A model generated the notes under the pieces. It had not been told where the DNA came from, did no database searches, and saw only the letters and a list, made by a program, of their open reading frames with translations. Shown in pieces: positions 49,245 through 61,691 of a stretch of DNA of 64,000 nucleotides (positions are counted from its first letter, which is position 1; each line of letters opens with the position of its first letter). The stretch covers positions 72,652,788 to 72,716,787 of the forward strand of contig NC_068989.1 in the NCBI RefSeq assembly GCF_001194135.2, in the 5' to 3' direction. Source of the DNA: Octopus bimaculoides (lineage: Eukaryota). The translations under genes were made by a program, and so were the position numbers.

Positions 49245-49828
49245 NNNNNNNNNNNNNNNNNNNNNNNNNNNNNNNNNNNNNNNNNNNNNNNNNNNNNNNN
49301 NNNNNNNNNNNNNNNNNNNNNNNNNNNNNNNNNNNNNNNNNNNNNNNNNNNNNNNNNNNNNNNNNNNNNNNNNNNNNNNNNNNNNNNNNNNNNNNNNNNN
49401 NNNNNNNNNNNNNNNNNNNNNNNNNNNNNNNNNNNNNNNNNNNNNNNNNNNNNNNNNNNNNNNNNNNNNNNNNNNNNNNNNNNNNNNNNNNNNNNNNNNN
49501 NNNNNNNNNNNNNNNNNNNNNNNNNNNNNNNNNNNNNNNNNNNNNNNNNNNNNNNNNNNNNNNNNNNNNNNNNNNNNNNNNNNNNNNNNNNNNNNNNNNN
49601 NNNNNNNNNNNNNNNNNNNNNNNNNNNNNNNNNNNNNNNNNNNNNNNNNNNNNNNNNNNNNNNNNNNNNNNNNNNNNNNNNNNNNNNNNNNNNNNNNNNN
49701 NNNNNNNNNNNNNNNNNNNNNNNNNNNNNNNNNNNNNNNNNNNNNNNNNNNNNNNNNNNNNNNNNNNNNNNNNNNNNNNNNNNNNNNNNNNNNNNNNNNN
49801 NNNNNNNNNNNNNNNNNNNNNNNNNNNN

Positions 49829-49867
<39 letters not shown>

Positions 49868-50062
49868 TATGGCCAGAATCATGACACCCCCTTTGGGAAT
49901 GGACTAGCCGAACTCGTATAAGTAGCAGTGTGTTTTACTGGGAGTAAGAGATGAGAAATCGCAAGAAGCCTGAAGATGTCGTTCGTGAAGCTGCAGGAAA
50001 TTGTTTTGGATTGGTTCCAGTTGTTGGCAGAGTATTTAGGAATACATTAAGTGGAGACGTAT
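49868..50062 (+). mobile_element. Possible partial 5' LTR and decayed primer-binding site of the Gypsy element
   Basis: tataag at 49917; ..aataca then agtggagacg just upstream of gag; no second LTR to confirm. Confidence 0.3.
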
Positions 50063-50120
50063 GATTCGAAGCTTACGTTGGTCATTAACATTTTTCTATG
50101 ATACAAAAAATTCATTAATT

Positions 50121-53082
50121 ATGGAAGACCTATTAGCTAATATATTACAGCTGAAAAGCAACCGCAACAGCAGCAACAGGAGTTTCACCAACAACTACAA
50201 CAGAAACAACGAAAACACAATCAATTGTTGGAACTGATGTTGAAGTCAGGAAACACCACAAGTTCAATCGCCAGACGGCGTAATAATGTTATAATTGAAT
50301 TTAGTTATAACCCAGAAGAGGGTATAACTTTATCGGCGTACTTCAGAAGATACGAAGAAATCTTCAAAGAAGAATGCAAGTATTGGACAGACGATGAAAA
50401 AGTGAGACTTCTGTTACAGAAACTAAGTTCTTGAGAACACGAAAAAAACTGCAATTTTATCTCCTCTAAAAAAAACAAGTGAAATTTGTTTCGAGGAAAC
50501 AACTGAATTGCTATCCAAAATGTTCAGCGATAAAAGTTCCCTGTTTAACACTAGCTGGGAGTGTTTGAACTTAGTAAAAGAAGCGGACGAAGATTTTGTC
50601 ATTCGTACCGGAATCGTAAATAAAATGTAAGAAACATTTTAACTGAAGGAGTTCTCTCCGCACATATTTAAATGCCTCATCTTTATGCAAGGTTTGACGG
50701 CAAACAAAGATGCAGAAATACCAGCACGGTTTCTTAAAAAGCAGGCAGTAGCAGAAGAATGTTAAAGAATTATCAACTTGCGACAGGACGTAAAGAAAAT
50801 TGAAGAAAAAATATTTCTCTCGAGCACAGACATATTGACCGGGAGTAAATGAACAAAAAAGAATGTTACGACCAAAACCATGCTATGGGTGGGGGGATCT
50901 GCGTTTTATGAAAGACTGTCTATTTAAAACTGAGAAATGTTTTAGTTGACAAAAAATAGCACATAAATGCTCGCACTGCATAGCGAAGCAAAAAAGGTTT
51001 GCTCTACGGAAAAGTGTGACGACACCAAAAAATAAAGTATGTATATATAAAAATAAACGACGCGAACGGGAAACTACAACTATACACAGGTAGCGACATT
51101 ACAATTATTGATAGCAACACGTGGAAGAAAATTGGGAAACCTACATTAAAGAAAACATCGAAAATTGCGCGAGGTCGCATAGATGAAAGATTACACTTCA
51201 TAGGCGAAATGGTAAGCAGCATTACATTTCGCTATAAAGCGAAAGTGTTTGTTTAAAGAAATGCAACAAACTTGTTCGGCACTGACTGGCTGGAGTTGTT
51301 TGGTTTGTGTGACCTCCTCATAAATCTGTTCTGTAAAAACATAAGGGATTGTTCCTCCAATAAGAATAATGCTTTTCCTGAAGTGTTGTCGGATATATTA
51401 GGTTTGTGTACTAAGACTGAGGCATGTTTCCAAATTAAGGAAAACGCAATACCAGAGTTCAAGCCAAAAAGAACGGTACTTTTTGCTGCGGTAAAGCATG
51501 TCGATGAAGAATTAGGCAGATTAGAGAAAATTAGAATCATCCAAAAATAGAATATGCAAAATGGGCAGCTCCAACGTTGTGTATTTAAAAAAGATTAACA
51601 AAATAAGAGCATTTGTCGATTTTTCTACTGGCTTGAATGAATGCATGAAAACGTTTTACTATCCGCTACCTACTTCGGAAGATTTTTGCGAAGTTATTTT
51701 CGAAAGTGGATCTCTCCGATTCAAATTAGAGCAGACGAGAAATGTCCTAAATGCCTAACAGTGAATACGCATAAAAGACTATATAAATATAATAGATTAC
51801 CATTTGATCTAAAGGTCGGACCTGCAATTTTTCAACAGATGCATTGTTAGCGGACTGTGAATTCGCAATTCCACACCTAGGTGCTATATTATTTAAAAAA
51901 GTATCTCGTGATCAGCATGTTGAGAATGTATAATGTGTTTATGAAAAAATAAGAGATTAGGTTTCACACTGGGTCAGGAAAAATATGAATTTTTCTTTCT
52001 TAAAATTAAGTATTTAGGAAAAAATTATTGACATGAATGGATGACGACCGGACCCGTCGAGGGCAGAGGCAATTAAAAATATGCTTCCTTCGACTACAAG
52101 GTTTTCTCGGTCTAGTGAATTATTATCAAAATTATATACCAAATATGTATGAATTGAGAGCTCCACTAAATAGTTTTCTGAAAAGGGATGTGAATTGGAA
52201 TTGGTCAAATAATTGTCAAAAGGCGTTTGACTATATTAAAAAAAAAACATTAATATCGGCATTGTTAGCGGACTGTGAATTCGCAATTCCACACCTAGGT
52301 GCTATATTATTTAAAAATGTATCCCGTAATCAGCATGTTGAGAATGTATAATGTGTTTATGAAAAAATAAGAGATTAGGTTTCACGTTGGCTTAATTCGA
52401 TCCTACATCGGTGATTATTGTAGCTCCTTACGCTTCTGAATACGGCATAGGAGCAGTAATACTGCACAAATATACAGACAGTAATTTGAAGGCGGTGCTT
52501 CATGCTTCACGTTCTCTGAAATTTCACAGATATTTCACAGATTTTTCCTCGGTAGAAGTTTACGGCTACAAACTGCACACAGACCATTATAACCAAAGAA
52601 AAAAGGAATTCCTACCCATACTGCAAATAGGTAATGATACTGGGGTACGATATTGTTGAATTACGACTTTCAGATGGAGGTATACCATCCAAGAGCTTAG
52701 GCCATGCAGATTGTTTATCAAGGCTAATTCCAAAAAATACGGTACAATTAGAAGATACCGTGATTGCCGCTTTGCAAGCGAACGCCATTCGGGAGCTGCT
52801 AGTAACTGTCCAAGGTATAAAATTAAAATCGGAGAATAACAAATTCATTGTAAAGATGAAACAAACGTTGAAGCTAAAAGAAAAAAAAAAAATACGAAAC
52901 ACAAATGCGAACCATTTTTGTCTGTGTGATAATTTGTTGATGTACGCACAAAGAGTTTTAGTGCCAGCCTCACTACAAAAGCGTGTATTAAGTGAATTTC
53001 ATATGGGGCACCCAGGTATTTCAAGAATGAAATCAGTAATGAGGAGTTACGTGTATCGGCCGACCGTGATATTGAACAAACC
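50121..53082 (+). mobile_element. Decayed Ty3/Gypsy LTR retrotransposon internal region (gag, protease, RT, RNase H, integrase zinc-binding domain), 3'-truncated
   Basis: FSYNPEEGITLSAYFRRYEEIF (gag); YTGSDITII (protease); KWAAP, YKYNRLPFDLK, FLGLVNYY (RT); ASEYGIGAVILH (RNase H); LGHADCLSRL; FHMGHPGISRMKSVMRSYVY (integrase). Many stops and frameshifts. Confidence 0.93.
51841..52385 (+). repeat. 127-bp direct duplication inside the Gypsy pol (51841-51967 and 52259-52385)
   Basis: Three mismatches between copies; offset 418 bp. Confidence 0.95.
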
Positions 53083-54288
53083 TTCGAAGTAGGACGTGAA
53101 ATCCATCCTGCTCCCGAACAGTTGAGTGAAACGCCGCTGAAAGGCCTCATACATCTGTCCCGGGTCAGTTATCATTTACGCTTCGTGGTTCGACAAGGAT
53201 CGGATCATGGATTTATTGTCACGCCGCCGTGCCTCTGCCACTCAAGCCCAATGAACGGCATTCGTCCCTTCGTGTCTAAGTGCAGGTGCCTTAGCTCTGA
53301 CAACGCAACCTTCGTGTTTCGCGTCGAAGAATTAGTTGAGTACCAATCTCACTGCGAACACGTCGATCGCGATGCCATTTCTAAAAGCCTCGTCTAACTT
53401 CTTGACTAGCTCTGTCTACTCTGTTTCACTCTACTGCTAGTTCTTTACTAAACCTTATCAATTCTATTCTAATCGCCCTTCTAAGGGCGAACAACTATTT
53501 GTTATTGATTATTGCCCCCATAAACGCCCTCTTAACTAGCTCACTAATCCGGTTTCTGAAATCTTTAAGCGCCGGCAGAAAAGTGTCCAGTTTCTAGTAA
53601 CCGGCTTCTATGAAGCCTATCTAAGTTTACTGTACAGATCACGAATTTGAGGCCTGTATAGTGGACTAATTTAAACTGTGGACAACCTATGCTCTACAGA
53701 ATACTCTATCTAGATAGGATTTTGACCAGGTCCACATTAGCACATCTGGGAAATCCAGTCGATACCTGTCAGAGAGCTGGAATCGTATGAGCAGGTTTGC
53801 GAGGCTTTTGCACCCTCCTCTCCTATCTGCTAAACCTAGACAATCCCACCTTACATCTAACTCTTCGTTCCAATATCCCCTCTAATACTAAAGAGCAGGA
53901 CGTTCCCAGGAAAGTTTTCAGGCATCTGAAGAAATCTGGTCGTCCTGCTCCTGTGGATGCATAGACGCCAGTTAACCTAAAAGTATGTCCTTCGCTGTCT
54001 GTCACGTCCAGGACCACCGACTTACCTTCCGGATCCAGGAAGATCGTCTTTATTGCAAGACCCAGATTTTTCCGAACCATCACAGTGACTCCACCTTCCA
54101 CTCCCGGACGACTTGGAAATGCGTACACCTCATAGGTCGCAAGTCCTGTGAGTCGGAAATTCTGGTTTCGCCAATGGCCATCACATCGACATTCAGTTCC
54201 CTGAGGTCCCCGCTTCCTTGAGGTGACCCCGCTTCCAAGGCGATCCCAGGCCACATACACTCATGATGCCTATTTTGTACACGACCAT
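53077..54288 (-). mobile_element. Tx1/L1-clade LINE ORF2 N-terminus (APE endonuclease plus linker), truncated before RT
   Basis: ATG at 54288: MVVYKIGIMSVCGLGSPWKRG, LRELNVDVMAIGETRI, DPEGKSVVLDV..FRLTGVYA, WTWSKSYLDRVF, KHEGCVVRAK..MITDPGQMYEAF. Confidence 0.88.
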
Positions 54289-56280
54289 GTTGTCGAAAAA
54301 TGAGAAGAAAAGAAAGGGAAAACTTACTTGGTTTTGTTTGGAGGGGCGGATTGCCCGTCACTCCTGTTGGCTTGGGGTGTTTCCAACAGCAAATCACTAA
54401 GAATTCTCTTGGTGATATTCCCTTGAAAATCTCCAATTTCTTGTGGTAAATGGGCTTTTGAGTGTGTGTATATATGTTTTGTATTCTTTGAATGATTTGT
54501 GTGTGTGCAGGTAGGGAGTATGTGAGTGTGACAAAATCTTTTGGTGTAATAGTTGTGCGTGTTATGATATATTTCATTAATTCATCGTCTTTTGAGTTTA
54601 TTGCCATGCAGTTCATAATGTTACTGTCTTTAATTTGTGTTTGTTGTTGTTACTGCGGTTGTTGTTGTGGTGGTGGTGGTGATTGTGATTGTGATTGTTG
54701 TTGTTGCTATGGTGGTGGAGGTTGTGATTGTTGTTGTGGTTGTGTGTGTGGAATGGCTTGTGTTTAAGGTGTTAGAGGTGGTAGTGTCGATGTAGTGTTT
54801 GTTTTGGGCGTGTTTGTTTTTGTTGTTTTGTTTATTTTCCTTTCCACTTCTAGTGTGGATGAAAATTGTTGTTGTTTGTCCATGTTTATTTTTCTTTCTG
54901 TCACTTTGAGGGTTTTTTTTTTAACTGCCAGTCTTCATCGTGGTCCGTCTCTCCAGCTATGATGTCCACGCGCTCTGCATCAAGAAGTGGAACATCTTAG
55001 GGCGCTGAGAAGTGCTTGGGTGAACTCGGTGTTGCTATGGTTGTTGGTGTTGGTTTTGGTGTTGTTGGTGCTACGGCTGAATCTACCGATGGTAATGGTG
55101 CTGTTGCTGCTGTTGTAGCTGGAGTTCTGGTGGTTGTTGTTGGTGTCAAAGATGGCACTTAGCTTTTCTTCCATCAACTCTGACTGGAATTACGCTGCCT
55201 CCAGGAAGAAGGATCTGGTCTGGGATGAGATCCATATACTTTTGTGTTGTTTGAATGAGGAGTTCTACGGTCATCCCAGACCTGTTTACCTTTTTGGTCT
55301 GATAGGCTTCGAGGGTTTTGGAGTTTTTCTTGATGTCTGTCATCACTGCCGCAATTAGCCAAGGAATGGCTATTTCTGGCGTCACCTGCTGGATTATGTT
55401 TGCCAGTCTCTGACCGCAGTAGTAAGGAACTAGCAACAGCTCCTCGCTTTTGAGGAAATTCAGAGAGTGATGTTTGGCTTCTTCCGTGGTGTGGAACCGA
55501 ACGTCTACCATTCCATAGGCCTTTCCTCTCTGTATATACTCTTTTAGATTCCAGACGGAACCTAAAGCTTGTTGTATTTGAGCCTCTGTGCCTCTTTCCA
55601 CCCTCCTTAACTTTAAACCTATTGTATGATACATCACTGTGCGTTTTATAGTAGCATGGATTGTCTCGGGTGGGGTATTCAACTTTGCAGCTAGTTCATC
55701 TCTCTCGACTGACTATCTAGCATATTTCGGTTCTTCTTCGGAGAATCGTATTCTCTGAAGAGATGACTTGGTTATTCCAGCGAAAGAAGGCTTTGAAAGG
55801 CTGTTCCAAGCCGTTGCACCGATTTGTCTCATCTCCTTCATTATCTTTGTCGTTGTTGTTGCTTGTGTCGCTACCGTTGTTAGTTTTGTTGTTGCTGTTG
55901 TCACCTTTCTTATTGTTGCTATTTGTAGTTAACTCATCTGCTGCCTTGCTCACGGAAAGGTCTTCACCGCTTGCATTTTCGAAATTAATGTTTTCACTTC
56001 GAATAATGTTGTTAAAAACAGAGCCTTTGCTTTTCAAAAGATCTGATGAGTGATCCTTCTTGAAAAAATTGGCTCCGTTGTCCTTTTTGTTCCTTTATTC
56101 TAGAAAAATGCAACTATCGTCTGTTTTGTTTTTCCGACTGAAGTCGTTTGCTCATGCATGCACTCTCTCTCATTGGCGTTTAGTGTCGCTCCTCACTTTC
56201 TACCCCTCTCACACATATGAGCGTCACCGTGTTTTGTATTTTCTCCATGTTGGTGGGGAAAGCGCACACAACTTTGATTA
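54289..56280 (-). mobile_element. 5' region and decayed ORF1 of the same Tx1/L1-clade LINE
   Basis: ORF 55146-55682 has an RRM-like stretch (IQRGKAYGMVDVRFHTTEEA) followed by RVDGRKAKCHL (knuckle remnant) and T/N/Q-rich low complexity, colinear with ORF2; the 5' boundary is approximate. Confidence 0.7.
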
Positions 56281-56499
56281 AAAAGCAAAAACAATTGACC
56301 TGCACCCCAAAACTGGGAGACAAAACAGGAAAATAACTCACCACTCGACAGCAAATAAGTTGTTCTCAACGATGATATAAATTGAAGGATGTAAATAAAA
56401 AGATTTTGTGTTTTTTCCTTATGAAATCTATGGAGCGAGGTCAAGTGTGGCTTACCAGGCTAACGGTCATAACAACAACAACAACAACAACAAAACGCA

Positions 56500-56539
<40 letters not shown>

Positions 56540-57109
56540 GGATTAAGCATTGAGAGGGAGGAAATGCCGTCTCACAGTGTAGTATCACTGATGGCAGATA
56601 CGAAACATTCATTTTACAGTTACGACCGTACAATAGATCCCGGATCGTTAGGTTTCGGAAGAATGTTATAAAAGTATACAGCAGCTGGACGTTTCTGTGA
56701 GTGTTTTGTAAGATTTATTTGGTTGGCGATTTTCTGCAATGAGTTAAAGATAAGATTGTAGTAGTTTTATTTCCTAATTCTACTTATATGTCGCACTTTT
56801 ATAAAATAGAAATGTTCAGAATAATGCACCGCAGAATATGATCCGATATTCTATTAAATAGGTATAGGTATAAATAACATTGCTGAGAATAAAGGTTGAC
56901 TGTTTGTGATCTTTATAGTTTATAAACAACTGGAGGGAACGTTTAGCCAATAAAGCCATAGAGAATGCAGTGGTTGAATTGAAGGACAGAATGGGTATTA
57001 GGAAGAGAAACAAAAGGAAAGATTCCAATATGGAATCGAGGAAGAAATGTGCGTCCGTATAATGTATATATTATTGATGTGCGCTTTTGTATGTATGTAT
57101 GTTGGTTTT

Positions 57110-57185
<76 letters not shown>

Positions 57186-57697
57186 CATCTATCTATCTAC
57201 ATAAATACAAATATGTATATGTGTGTGTACATACATACATACGTATATATGTATATGAATATATACGTGCATATATATATATAAAACAAAACAGAAATGT
57301 GAAAAATTATTAACCAAATATAATTATCGGGTTATTTAAGAGTAAAAAGAATCAATATAAAAATCGAAATTTATTGTAAACTAAAGGAGGTTGGCATCTG
57401 ACAATTTGAATAAGAACTAAAGAAGATTGATAGTTTTTCAACATTTTCTACCTCCTTCACATTTCATAAGTACGTTCGTAAGCTTCCCTTTTCTAAGATC
57501 AACATCAGCATACGAGTGATAATGGCTGATCACCACTGGAAAGAATCTTACTGCTCTTCTTAGAAGAAGCTTGTCTTCCATTTTCATTGTCCATTCACAA
57601 TTCACTGTTATTTGTATCGATCTGATGATTTACTGATTTGCTTCTCTCACTGACCCATTGTCAGCAGTGCCTTCTTACAATCGGCTTAGGAGGTTTA

Positions 57698-58093
57698 TTA
57701 AATGTTTTTCAAATGATTGTCCCTTTTAATTCCTTCTCCGTTTTTCCATAGAGTTCGAATTAGTCCGGTAAAATCGCGGAAGTACATGGACTGAAGTTGA
57801 CGGTAATCCGTCTTAGTAGGAAAGCACGTCTCTTGGACAGGTGGAGTGTCCTTGAAAGGCTTCGTAGTCGAGTTTACCGATTGCGGTTGTGAAGAAATAT
57901 GGCGTGACAAACGAACTGACTTTATCAAAGAAATTTCAATGTTCTCCATAAACCAGTGAATCAAGTTCGGTCCAGTATTCTTGGACGACAAATTTGTGTA
58001 CTTGCACGGAAATTTTGTTGAATAACTAAGCAAGTAATCCCTAGATTTATCGAAAAAACGTTTTTCTCGTGTTCTTACAATAAAACCTACCAA
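57698..58093 (-). other. Unexplained 131-codon open frame in unique sequence (candidate exon)
   Basis: Longest supplied ORF not made of microsatellite, N or recognisable TE; no recognisable domain. Confidence 0.2.
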
Positions 58094-59267
58094 ACAACTT
58101 TAAAAACCGAAATGCTATTTCACTTGCATGTCTATCTGTCGATTTTTTTCCTCTCCTCTTAGGTTTGTTTATATGTAAATCCGTTCATGTATGTAAATAT
58201 GTATGTATGTATGTATGTATGTGAGTGTATGTGTGTGTGTGTCTATCTATCTATCTATCTATTGATCGATCAATCGCGTGATCCATGTGTGCATATTTGT
58301 ATTTGCTTCTGTCAGTGTGTCTGTCTGTTTGTCTGTCTGTCTGTCTGCTTACCACTTAATTTAAGAAACGCATTTTAGTATTATGTATGGCATATCAATA
58401 TGTATATTCGAATGTACAAATTCGTTATGCGTGTGTGTGTGTGTTTGAATGTATATAGCCTAGTTAATACAAACCTAAGAAATTAGTACTCAATACATAA
58501 ATTAGAGTTAAATAATATTATAACATTAAGGAAAAAAACGGTCATTTGAGACAATTTGTTTATTCCGAGTTTCTTAATGCTGTTTTTAAAAGCAGTTTGT
58601 CACTTACATTTGATTATCATTATCATTAAATCGGTCTTCGAAAATGAAGCTAATGATGGGTTTACAGCAATTATCGATAAAATACAAGCAAATAAGCAAA
58701 AATAAACACAAAAAACATAAAAGCAACAAATATTGCTTCAAAAATTAGCTACGTGTTGTTTTCATACATCATCTTGAACCCAGACAGTTCATTAGCGATA
58801 TTTCCATGAGTCAGAAGATGTTTCTAGGTATGAGGGTATTTTGTAAATACCTCTAGAAGTGACGACCTTTCCCTGGGTAGTTACGGGCTACCGTTTCGCA
58901 AGGCATAACACCCGTTCAGCCACCCTGCCAGGGATGCGGTGAAGTCGTGGGATTGCGGATTGTGAACCAGCTTTGAAAGAGCTCAGAGGAATCCTAGAAG
59001 ATCAACGGTCAGGCTCACCAAGCTTTGTCAAGCGAATAACTGCAATGCATCTATAAGGCGCTTGAGTCATAATTAAACTATCATTAGCTGATTACACATC
59101 CACGAAAACATCCTATGAGGGCGAGTAAATCGGAACTTCGAACTCACTATCAATCACTGTCAGTTTTTGTATATATTAATATGTACTCAAGTAAAAACTG
59201 TCGACCGACTCTTCAGTTTGAAGTTAAATTCTGTTAATAGGTAACTTGGCATGCAAACAAACATTAA

Positions 59268-59370
<103 letters not shown>

Positions 59371-59427
59371 ACACACACAGACATACAGACACACGCATTT
59401 ATATATTCATTTGTGTGTGTGTGTGTG

Positions 59428-59490
59428 TAAGGCGAGCTGGTAGAATCGTCAGCATGCTGGGCAAAATGCGCCGCAGCAATTCGTCTCAGA
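59428..59490 (+). mobile_element. SINE family D head stub
   Basis: aaggcgagctggtagaatcgtcagcatgctgggcaaaatgc. Confidence 0.65.
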
Positions 59491-59500
59491 ATTTGAAATC

Positions 59501-59545
<45 letters not shown>

Positions 59546-60297
59546 GGTATAATCCGTTAGGAACTTGGCAGAGAACAGCATGAAGCTCGTTCACCCTCAG
59601 AATGAAACCAATACTATCCGGTAGCATTATTATTTACTACCAGGTTTATGTTTGGGTATTCGTCGTGTGTGAATATAAAATTGGAGAAATCGGATTCAAC
59701 AAGGAGTACGATTTGGACAGTTACTTTTTAATCACTACGATTGTTTCCACTACGATTGTCGCCGTTAGTTTAACATCTTCGGCTTCAAGGCCATGCTGCT
59801 ATCTTAGCCTATAATAAATACTCAATGTATCAAGATGTAAAGATAAATATGTCGATTTTGGCTCTGAAGAGATTTCTGCCTTCGGAACTCATAATGCAGT
59901 TATTAATTGTATAATAAATGAAGATAGATATAGAAATGATCGTTGGCATTACGTAATCGGCAGGTATGTAAATAAATTGATTTTGCTGTAAGCAAAACTC
60001 TCCATTTTCTTTATATTATAGTATTAAATTTATATTGTCATATATCGAATCAGATGGAAACATCTATTCGGACTACTGGAATTCCAGGATCTTGACTTTC
60101 ACATTCGCAAAATGAACCCTCCTTAATTTTGCTCAGATTGCTTTCAATTTTGGTGTATCGATGCAACTCTGAATTTTGATAAGGATCAACCAATTACTCT
60201 ATCTCGTAAATTAAAGAATCTGATGTTATTTGGAATTAAAGTTGGGAACTTTGGGTAATTTTAGCCAAGGAACAGACAATGTGTTTGTATATTACAT

Positions 60298-60420
60298 ATT
60301 TTTCTGTGCTTCTTTGTGTTAATATTTTTCTGCGCTTTTTTCTTTGTGTCAGTGTTTTTCTGTGCTTTTTCTGTATGTTAGAGTTTTTCTGTGCTTTTTT
60401 CTGTGTTAATATTTTTACAT
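60298..60420. repeat. Degenerate ~30-bp T-rich minisatellite (about 4 units)
   Basis: Recurrent tttttctg(t/c)gcttttt..tgtgttaata. Confidence 0.75.
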
Positions 60421-61445
60421 ATTTTTTCATTTCATATATTTCATATCTCATTGACTCAGATAGTTGGATCTATGATTTTAATAGGTTAATTCTGTTAATA
60501 AAAATTTAAATTAGGAGTATTTCTTAAACCGTTAGCTTCACATTTCAACAGCTCAACTGAAATTTAGCCCACGTAACAGGAACTGAGAAAGTTATCATGT
60601 GGAACAGAGAAACTATGGGTGATACAGATAATTTGACACCATTTTTGAATTCTGCATGCAAAAAGGTATAAGATACAGGTATTCTTTTTCTTGGGATAAA
60701 TTCTTTGTTGACCGGTTTTATTCTTATTGTAGTTTAAAAATCCAAGTATGAAAACGTTACTGAACTTCAGAGTTTTGGAGACAGACTCCCCCTTCACACA
60801 CACACATGAATGCATAAATGTACATATAAACTTATATATGAATACATATAGCCACATGCACTTATTAATGATGTACACAAATACATGACAGGTATACATA
60901 ATACTGAAATGCGCATAAACTTAATACATGCAGACAAATATATTAATATAACAAATTAAGAAAAATAATACAACCATACAATCAATGAAGAGACAAAAGA
61001 AACAGTAAGAGGATACATGTTGATTTTATTAGGTATTTCTGTTTATTTAGAAGCCTACATGGAACAGGTCAGACGCTAAACGCAGAAAATCTTTGTTTCG
61101 CTTTTGGCTAAAAATACACATATTTTTTTTCGATTTTTAAACCTCTGTAACTTTTTTCTCCAATCTTTTTCTCCGCAACATCATACCTTCAAAGCAATGA
61201 GACTGAAGGGCTACGTTATTATAGCCGGTTTTCAGATCTTTTTACGGTCTTTTAAAAAAATGCATATTTTGCGAATGAAAAAAACTAGATCTGAACTCCA
61301 TAATGTGTATAGTACTGGTGTCTGTTGAACACTAATACTAACGCACGGAAACAAATGCTAGTAAATTCACAGATATATGGATAAACTGGATGAAGCTAGG
61401 ATGTAAGACATCCCTGGAAAGAGCAATCTTTTTCTTTATAAAACG

Positions 61446-61483
<38 letters not shown>

Positions 61484-61488
<5 letters not shown>

Positions 61489-61605
61489 ATGTGTCTACTA
61501 AGACCGAATAATTCTCAAAGGGAATTTCTGTGAAGCAACATTTGTATATTTGTATATTACTGAATTCCCTTTGAGAAATATTTGGTCTTAGTAGACACAT
61601 GACAT
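61484..61605. repeat. Inverted repeat, 43-bp arms, 36-nt spacer
   Basis: 61484-61526 versus 61563-61605; 2 differences. Confidence 0.93.
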
Positions 61606-61654
61606 GTGATCTTCTTCTAGCACACCAGCAGTCCACTTAGTGGCCTCCTTTATA

Positions 61655-61691
<37 letters not shown>

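Noticed and set aside
56586-56625. Hammerhead-like ctgatgg...cgaaac
   Set aside because: The core deviates from CUGANGA, and stems I and III do not pair.
57499-57759. Minus-strand frame interrupted only by TGA codons (selenoprotein or alternative genetic code idea)
   Set aside because: Only three TGAs in about 85 codons before further stops including TAG; within chance, no SECIS seen and no homology.
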